NCBI GenBank assembly: GCA_040220235.1
Contig: JAVJTO010000131.1
Length of the DNA: 22,303 nucleotides
Strand: one strand, 5' to 3'
Source: Coleofasciculus sp. B1-GNL1-01
GTDB taxonomy: Bacteria; Cyanobacteriota; Cyanobacteriia; Cyanobacteriales; Coleofasciculaceae
The position numbers and the translations under genes were made by a program. Below are positions 16,531 through 22,303 of this stretch, one piece after another (the stretch's first letter is position 1; each line of letters starts with the position of its first letter). The notes below the pieces were generated by a model. That model was not told the DNA's origin. It searched no databases and saw only the letters and a program-made list of their open reading frames with translations.

Positions 16531-18840
16531 TCAAACTTCAACTAACATCGGCTGGGTTAGGGATAAAGACTGTTCCACTAGGGAATTCACATCAATGATT
16601 TCCGTGACTTTACCCTGAATCACCGCTGAACAGAGAATTGCCTTTTGTGGAGATACCCCTTTAATATTAATACCTTGTTCAACAATATCCAGAACCTGAT
16701 CCACCACCAACCCCACTTGTTTGTCTCCCTGCAAAGAAACAACAATTACGGATTGTTTATCCTCACTAATTTCCGATTGGCGATCGCGCACCTGAAACCC
16801 GGAATCACCGTTGCTCAAAACAGCCGATAAATGAATCAGCGGCATGATATGCTGGCGATATTGAATCACCTCTTGATCGCCCAAATATTCGATGCGATCG
16901 CGGGGAAATTCTTCTAGGCGCGATACCTTAGACAAAGGAATTGCCAAACGTCGCTGATTGGCGGCGTGGAAGACTAAAAGCTGCTGGGGAATAGCGGCAG
17001 AATTCACCGATTGACTGTCCTCATTCACTAAGGCTTTTTCCTTTTCCGGAGAGGTAATCAGCGTTTTTTGTGCCAAACCCTGGACATCTAAAATCAATAC
17101 CACTTTCCCATCCCCCATAATTGTCGCCCCCGCAAAACAAGCTAGGGATTTTAGCGGTTTTCCTAAGGGTTTAACTACGATTTCTTGGGTATCGTTAATC
17201 ACATCCACAACTAATCCAAAGGGTTTCTCGGTGGCTTGAACCACAACAATGTTAATCGTTTCATCCTCTTGTTCAGGAATTAAACTTTGCTTTTTAGCAT
17301 TCGAGGTTTTCCCTATACCGCTAGACTCCTGCACTCCGGTATTATTTTCCAGTTGCAACACCTGATTTAAGTAAACCAAGGGTAATAAATTCCCCCGTAA
17401 CCGATAGACGGGTGTTCCATGAAACCATTCGATCCGCTGTTCAGCTTGTTCGCGATCTAACCGTACCAGTTCTAACAGATTCACTTGGGGAATGGCATAG
17501 CGACCGCCGCCACTGGTAATAATTAATGTCGGGATAATCGCCAAAGTCAGCGGGATTTTAAGTTTAAAAATTGTCCCTTGACCCAACCGACTTTCGACAT
17601 CAATTGTGCCACTAATTTTCTCAATATTTGCCCTAACGACATCCATTCCTACACCCCGTCCGGAAATATTAGTTACAGTTTCGGCGGTGGAAAAACTGGG
17701 TAAAAAGATGAGGTGAAGCGCTTCCTGTTCGGTCATGTGCAGGGCTTGTGTTGGCGTAATTATTCCCTGTTGTAGCGCTTTTTGTTTCAGGTTTTCGAGA
17801 TCAATTCCTTTGCCATCATCAGACACTTCAATATTAACGTGTCCGCTTTCGTGATAGGCGCGGAGTAACAAGCGCCCTACTTGAGATTTTCCGGCGGCTT
17901 TCCTCATGTCTGGGGTGTCTAAACCATGATCCAGACAATTGCGGACAAGATGGGTTAGGGGATTCGCGATCGCTTCGATTAAGGTTTTGTCTAATTCTGT
18001 CTCTTCTCCCTCCATTTCCAATTGCACTTGCTTGTTTAAACTCACCGCCAGATCGCGCACGACACGGGGGAATTTACTCCAAATTGTGCGAATCGGTTGC
18101 ATCCGGGTTTTCATTACCCCTTCTTGCAATTCGGAGGTGACTAAATTTAATCGTCCCGATGCTGATTTAAACGCATCATCATGTTCAGCGATCACCGCTT
18201 GTTGATTGGCAAATTCTAAAATTTGATTGCGACATAGTACCAATTCTCCCACCAGATTCATTAACTTATCCAGGAGATTTACATCGACACGGATGGCGCT
18301 ATTGGTGATTGGTGAGGGGGAATGGGAATGTGATGTCTGGGGATTAGGCGCAGCATTCAGGTTAGGATCTTGGTATAAAATTGATGGATCTGGGTGCGAA
18401 TGTCCCCCTACAGATTCGGCTTGGGTTTCGGATTCCTCATCTTTGATCCTCTCCTCATTCTCAACAGGTAATGCATTTAACTGATTGAATAAAGCCGTGC
18501 GATCGCGTGAACTTTCTTCGCCAGTGGTTTCGAGACTCTCAAAGTGATCGCGGATGGCGTCGATCACTTCTAATAACGCATTGGTAATATCTGGTGTTAC
18601 TGGAATTTTCGCTTCCCGTAAACGACTGAGTAAATTTTCTCCCCCATGGGTAATTCCCTGTAATTTCTCTAAACCGAGAAAACCACTGTTTCCTTTAATC
18701 GTGTGCAGATGGCGGTAAATCCGGTTGATCACCTCTGCATCTGAGGTGCTTTGTTCCAAGGCGACTAAATCCCCTTCGAGTTGATTCAGGTGTTCGTAGC
18801 CTTCCACTAAGAATTCCTTGAGATCCTCATCGATTTCCAT
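16531..18840 (-). CDS. cheA: Chemotaxis histidine kinase CheA (Hpt-dimerisation-HATPase-CheW-CheW)
   Basis: Hpt HTIKG, RVDVNLLDKLMNLVGELV, HLVRNCLDHG, DDGKG, SGRGVGMDVV and two CheW-like domains. No REC domain and no obvious P2. Confidence 0.93.
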   Translation of the reverse strand: MEIDEDLKEFLVEGYEHLNQLEGDLVALEQSTSDAEVINRIYRHLHTIKGNSGFLGLEKLQGITHGGENLLSRLREAKIPVTPDITNALLEVIDAIRDHFESLETTGEESSRDRTALFNQLNALPVENEERIKDEESETQAESVGGHSHPDPSILYQDPNLNAAPNPQTSHSHSPSPITNSAIRVDVNLLDKLMNLVGELVLCRNQILEFANQQAVIAEHDDAFKSASGRLNLVTSELQEGVMKTRMQPIRTIWSKFPRVVRDLAVSLNKQVQLEMEGEETELDKTLIEAIANPLTHLVRNCLDHGLDTPDMRKAAGKSQVGRLLLRAYHESGHVNIEVSDDGKGIDLENLKQKALQQGIITPTQALHMTEQEALHLIFLPSFSTAETVTNISGRGVGMDVVRANIEKISGTIDVESRLGQGTIFKLKIPLTLAIIPTLIITSGGGRYAIPQVNLLELVRLDREQAEQRIEWFHGTPVYRLRGNLLPLVYLNQVLQLENNTGVQESSGIGKTSNAKKQSLIPEQEDETINIVVVQATEKPFGLVVDVINDTQEIVVKPLGKPLKSLACFAGATIMGDGKVVLILDVQGLAQKTLITSPEKEKALVNEDSQSVNSAAIPQQLLVFHAANQRRLAIPLSKVSRLEEFPRDRIEYLGDQEVIQYRQHIMPLIHLSAVLSNGDSGFQVRDRQSEISEDKQSVIVVSLQGDKQVGLVVDQVLDIVEQGINIKGVSPQKAILCSAVIQGKVTEIIDVNSLVEQSLSLTQPMLVEV

Positions 18841-19057
18841 TCAACTCTCTCAAGATTACGGCTGTATGATTGCGAAACTAACTTTGCCTATTATATTCTA
18901 ATTACAAAATTTAGCAAACCTTAACATCTGTACTAATATGACACCTGTATTAAACTCTCGCCAGAAAAAATAACCCGTTTCCAGGAATCCAACTGCCTCT
19001 TTTTTATCGGATAAGAGAAAAATAACCATCGGACACCGAGTACAATGCGATCGATCG

Positions 19058-19127
19058 GCATCAATCATCAACCCTGAACCATGAACCATCACTCATCAAC
19101 CATCAACCCTGAACTAGAAACCATTAC
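19058..19127 (+). repeat. Degenerate heptamer tract spanning the kinase start codon
   Basis: GCATCAA TCATCAA CCCTGAA CCATGAA CCATCAC TCATCAA CCATCAA CCCTGAA CTAGAAA CCATTAC. Confidence 0.7.
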
Positions 19128-21846
19128 CCAACACTTTAGTATCCTTGACCGGATTCCTATCGGATTGTGTATTATCCGACAAGATTTTGTCGTCTTATTT
19201 TGGAACCATATCTTAGAAAACTGGACAAAACTGCCCAAATCAGAAATCGTCGGTACATCCTTAGCCACACATTTTCCGCAAGTGAATCAACCGCGATATA
19301 AAACTCGCTTAAAGCAAGTCTTCAAGAGTCGCTTACCTGCGGTATTTTCGTCACAACTGCACGGATCTCTAATTAGTCAAGATCAACCCAACAATAAGAA
19401 AAGAATTCAAGAAACCAGTGTTACGCCAATTCCTCCACTCATCGGCGATGGGGTTTATGCTTTAATCGCGATTCAAGATGTCACCGAACTCACGCAGCGG
19501 ATTCAAAATTATCAGGATGAACTACAACGACGTAAGCAAGTCGAAGCCAAATTAAAACAAGCCAAAGTCGAAGCCGAATCTGCCAACCAAGCTAAAAGTG
19601 AATTTGTGGCAACAATGAGCCATGAAATTCGCACACCGATGAATGGCATTATCGGTATGACCGAATTGTTATTAGATAGTCGGTTATCTCCGAATCAGCG
19701 AAATTTTGTGAATACGATTCGCACCAGTGGGGATGCGTTACTTGCCATTATTAATGATATTCTGGACTTTTCTAAGATTGAAGCCAACCGACTGGAGTTA
19801 GAAGCCGAAGTCTTTAACTTAAGAACTTGTATTGAAGACACCTTAGATTTAGTCGCACCAAAAGCGGCGGAAAAAAATATTGATATTGCTTATAAACTTG
19901 ACTCAACAACCCCGACGACAATTCTAGGAGATGTCACGCGACTGCGGCAAATCTTGCTAAATTTACTCAGTAATGCGATTAAGTTTACGGAAAAAGGAGA
20001 AGTCGTTGTCTCTGTCCGTGCCAAGAAATGCCCAGAGATCAATGAGGAAGATCCTAGAGACGTGACCGTGGAAGGTCTGACCGTAAAATGTCTAGACGTT
20101 TCCGATCAATACGAAATTAAATTTACGGTGAGAGATACAGGAATTGGGATTCCTTCAGATCGGATCAATCGACTGTTTAAACCCTTTAGCCAGGTCGATA
20201 GTTCCACCACCCGGAAATATGGGGGGACGGGGTTAGGGTTGGTGATTAGTAAACGTCTGAGTGAAATGATGGGCGGTACGATGTGGGTGGAAAGTGAAGT
20301 CGGCAAAGGGTCTAAATTTTCCTTTACCATCCAAACACTATCAATCCCCTCATCAGTCCCTCAACCGTTGGATTTTATCCAACCTGAGTTAACCGGTTTA
20401 CGGGTATTAATCGTGGATGATAATGCGACGCATCGCCAAATTCTCACCCTACAAACAAAGTCTTGGGGAATGGTGGTTCGTTGTGCCAAGTCAGGATTTC
20501 AAGCCCTCAAACTATTGCATCGTGAACCTCAGTTTGACCTGGCAATCCTAGATTACCGTATGCCGGAACTGGATGGTGTGGCGCTAGCGAAACGAATTCA
20601 GGCGTTACCCCAAGGCAAAACTCTACCGTTATTAATTCTGAGTTCGGGTGGAAAACCCAGTCGTCATGAATACCAAGGGCGAGTGGAATTTGCGGCTTTT
20701 ATTGATAAGCCAATTAAGCAAAATCAACTGCATCAGGTTTTGCTACAAATTGCGGGTAAAAAACAAACGCTGATACCGTCCAAGGTATCGCCACCGCAAT
20801 TCAACACCGAACTGGGTAAAACCCTACCGTTAAAGATTTTGGTGATAGATGATGTCGAGGTTAATCATCAAGTCGCCTGTGAAATGTTGCAACGGTTAGG
20901 ATATAGCGCCGATAGTGCTAATAGTGGACAAGAGGCGCTGATGGCGGTGAGTCGTTGTGATTACGATGTGATCTTTATGGATATGCAAATGCCCGGGATG
21001 GATGGGTTAGAAACAACGCGGCGAATTCGTCAGCAATTCTCTGCGGAAATCCGGGAGATAGGGACATTCACTCAAAACTCGTCAACTCACCCTTGGATTA
21101 TTGCGATGACGGCGAATGCGATGAAAGGCGATCGCGAAACCTGTATTGAGGCGGGTATGAATGATTATATTAGTAAGCCTGTACGAGTGAAAGCGCTGGT
21201 GCAAGCGTTGCAGTATTACGCCCAGCAGAGGGGATGTAGAAAAGATAGTGAGACAACCGATCATTTGACTCAACCTACCTTTGTTGAAGAAAAGGGAGAT
21301 TATCTTTCTAGTGAAACACCCGATCCTCAAACTAACCCATCAACGATGAATAGACAGGCTATTGCAGAATTAAAGCAACTCATAACTCGTGCGAGTACGC
21401 TGATTGCTGAACTTGAAGCCGAGTATCAGCAGGAACCGGATCAAACACCAAGTCATGAAAATGGGCAAAACAGCCAATCACAAAGCGCGATCGCATCCAC
21501 AGTAGCAGAGGTTTCACCCCTTGATCCAGAAACCTTTGAGGAGTTAAAAGATTTAATGGGAGAGGATGCACAGGACTTTTGGCTAGAAATTGTGCATAAA
21601 TTCCGTCAAGCTGCACCCCTGCACCTGCAAGGGATTCGAGAGGCGATTACCCAACAAGACACCGCCGCGATTCAAGCCACCGCCCATAAGTTACGGGGTG
21701 CTTGTATGACGGTTGGGGCAATGCCATTATCTCAATTATGCAGTGAACTGGAACAGATAGGACAGGCGGGAACGACTGAAGGAACCGAGGTAATACTGTC
21801 TCGCATCGAGGCTGAATATCAACGGGTCAAGACAGCTTTGCCTTAA
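19081..21846 (+). CDS. Cytoplasmic hybrid sensor kinase: PAS-HisKA-HATPase-REC-REC-Hpt
   Basis: H-box [11 protein letters not shown]-box [26 protein letters not shown] Asp in LDYRMP and MDMQMP, and Hpt AHKLRG. No TM segment. Confidence 0.92.
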   Translation: MNHHSSTINPELETITQHFSILDRIPIGLCIIRQDFVVLFWNHILENWTKLPKSEIVGTSLATHFPQVNQPRYKTRLKQVFKSRLPAVFSSQLHGSLISQDQPNNKKRIQETSVTPIPPLIGDGVYALIAIQDVTELTQRIQNYQDELQRRKQVEAKLKQAKVEAESANQAKSEFVATMSHEIRTPMNGIIGMTELLLDSRLSPNQRNFVNTIRTSGDALLAIINDILDFSKIEANRLELEAEVFNLRTCIEDTLDLVAPKAAEKNIDIAYKLDSTTPTTILGDVTRLRQILLNLLSNAIKFTEKGEVVVSVRAKKCPEINEEDPRDVTVEGLTVKCLDVSDQYEIKFTVRDTGIGIPSDRINRLFKPFSQVDSSTTRKYGGTGLGLVISKRLSEMMGGTMWVESEVGKGSKFSFTIQTLSIPSSVPQPLDFIQPELTGLRVLIVDDNATHRQILTLQTKSWGMVVRCAKSGFQALKLLHREPQFDLAILDYRMPELDGVALAKRIQALPQGKTLPLLILSSGGKPSRHEYQGRVEFAAFIDKPIKQNQLHQVLLQIAGKKQTLIPSKVSPPQFNTELGKTLPLKILVIDDVEVNHQVACEMLQRLGYSADSANSGQEALMAVSRCDYDVIFMDMQMPGMDGLETTRRIRQQFSAEIREIGTFTQNSSTHPWIIAMTANAMKGDRETCIEAGMNDYISKPVRVKALVQALQYYAQQRGCRKDSETTDHLTQPTFVEEKGDYLSSETPDPQTNPSTMNRQAIAELKQLITRASTLIAELEAEYQQEPDQTPSHENGQNSQSQSAIASTVAEVSPLDPETFEELKDLMGEDAQDFWLEIVHKFRQAAPLHLQGIREAITQQDTAAIQATAHKLRGACMTVGAMPLSQLCSELEQIGQAGTTEGTEVILSRIEAEYQRVKTALP

Positions 21847-21864
21847 AATTATACCGACATTTTT

Positions 21865-22003
21865 CCCCTCATCCCCTAACCCCTTCTCCCACCGTGGGGA
21901 GAAGGGGAACCGGATTCTCTTACTCCCCTCTCCCGTGCAACAGAAGCGAAACATCCTCTGGCTTCCCCGTGCCAAAAAAGCGAAGCATCCGCTGGCTTCC
22001 CCC
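21865..22003 (+). repeat. Pyrimidine-rich dispersed repeat with strong hairpin, plus ~30-bp tandem duplication
   Basis: CCCCTTCTCCCC-ACCGT-GGGGAGAAGGGG hairpin after the kinase stop. AAGCGAA(A/G)CATCC(T/G)CTGGCTTCCCC occurs twice. Confidence 0.65.
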
Positions 22004-22012
22004 TTTTTAAGG

Positions 22013-22303
22013 CAGGGCTAATTCATTGTGCTGAGAGAATATTAGGACGACCAGTATTTAGAGTAATCTAAATCTTGCTGCGATAGTTTTATCGATTATT
22101 TTGATTGCTTTGAAGGTCTATCTCCTGGAAGCGTTAACCCCATTGCCTGAGTTTCGTGACGAAAGAGGACGGCTTTATCCTTTGTGGTTACTTCTTTTGC
22201 TGGTGTTTATGGGAACTCTGAGTGATTGTTTATGTTATCGTGCCCTGGAAGATTTTTGTCGGTGGCATCATGTGTCATTGGTGACTACTCTGCAATTACC
22301 TCA
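22013..22303 (+). mobile_element. ISAs1-family element, left end and transposase N-terminus (TTG 22110 to window edge)
   Basis: CAGGGC terminus at 22013. Manual translation MKVYLLEALTPLPEFRDERGRLYPLWLLLLLVFMGTLSDCLCYRALEDFCRWH resembles the DDE_Tnp_1-associated domain. Confidence 0.75.

Noticed and set aside
511..21494. Frequent GCGATCGC octamers (about 20)
   Set aside because: Ordinary cyanobacterial HIP1; useful for taxonomy only.
615..21975. Short ORFs overlapping or antisense to larger genes (e.g. 615..833, 3578..3832, 9785..10048, 10713..11141, 11001..11399, 13515..13829, 17939..18205, 21736..21975)
   Set aside because: They are shadow frames of well-supported genes or repeats, with no recognisable motifs.

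Overview
Cyanobacterial chromosomal window, probably from a filamentous Oscillatoriales/Coleofasciculus-like organism (inferred from about 20 HIP1 GCGATCGC sites, heptamer STRR tracts and GTAG-type REP-like repeats). From left to right it holds: a frameshifted IS1634-like transposase inserted into a Uma2 gene; a toxin-first RelE/Phd module with an amber stop at toxin codon 3; a hypothetical gene; an Slr1796-like thioredoxin-fold gene; a CAP+RTX secreted protein; a HEAT-repeat/CX5R-phosphatase fusion; murT and gatD separated by DUF29, MITEs and a Fur-box-like promoter; two hypothetical genes; a vapBC-like module; a tnpB-only IS200/IS605 element; a cheA-cheW-parA-cheR cluster divergent from a PAS hybrid kinase; and the start of an ISAs1 element. 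The best finding is that removing the tnpB element at its predicted ends (CTAT|...TCAA|AAT) recreates a perfect TATAAT -10 box 29 nt upstream of the antitoxin start. The element therefore appears to sit inside the TA promoter, and its predicted guide would target the restored promoter. All family assignments come from motif recognition by eye; no database searches were run.
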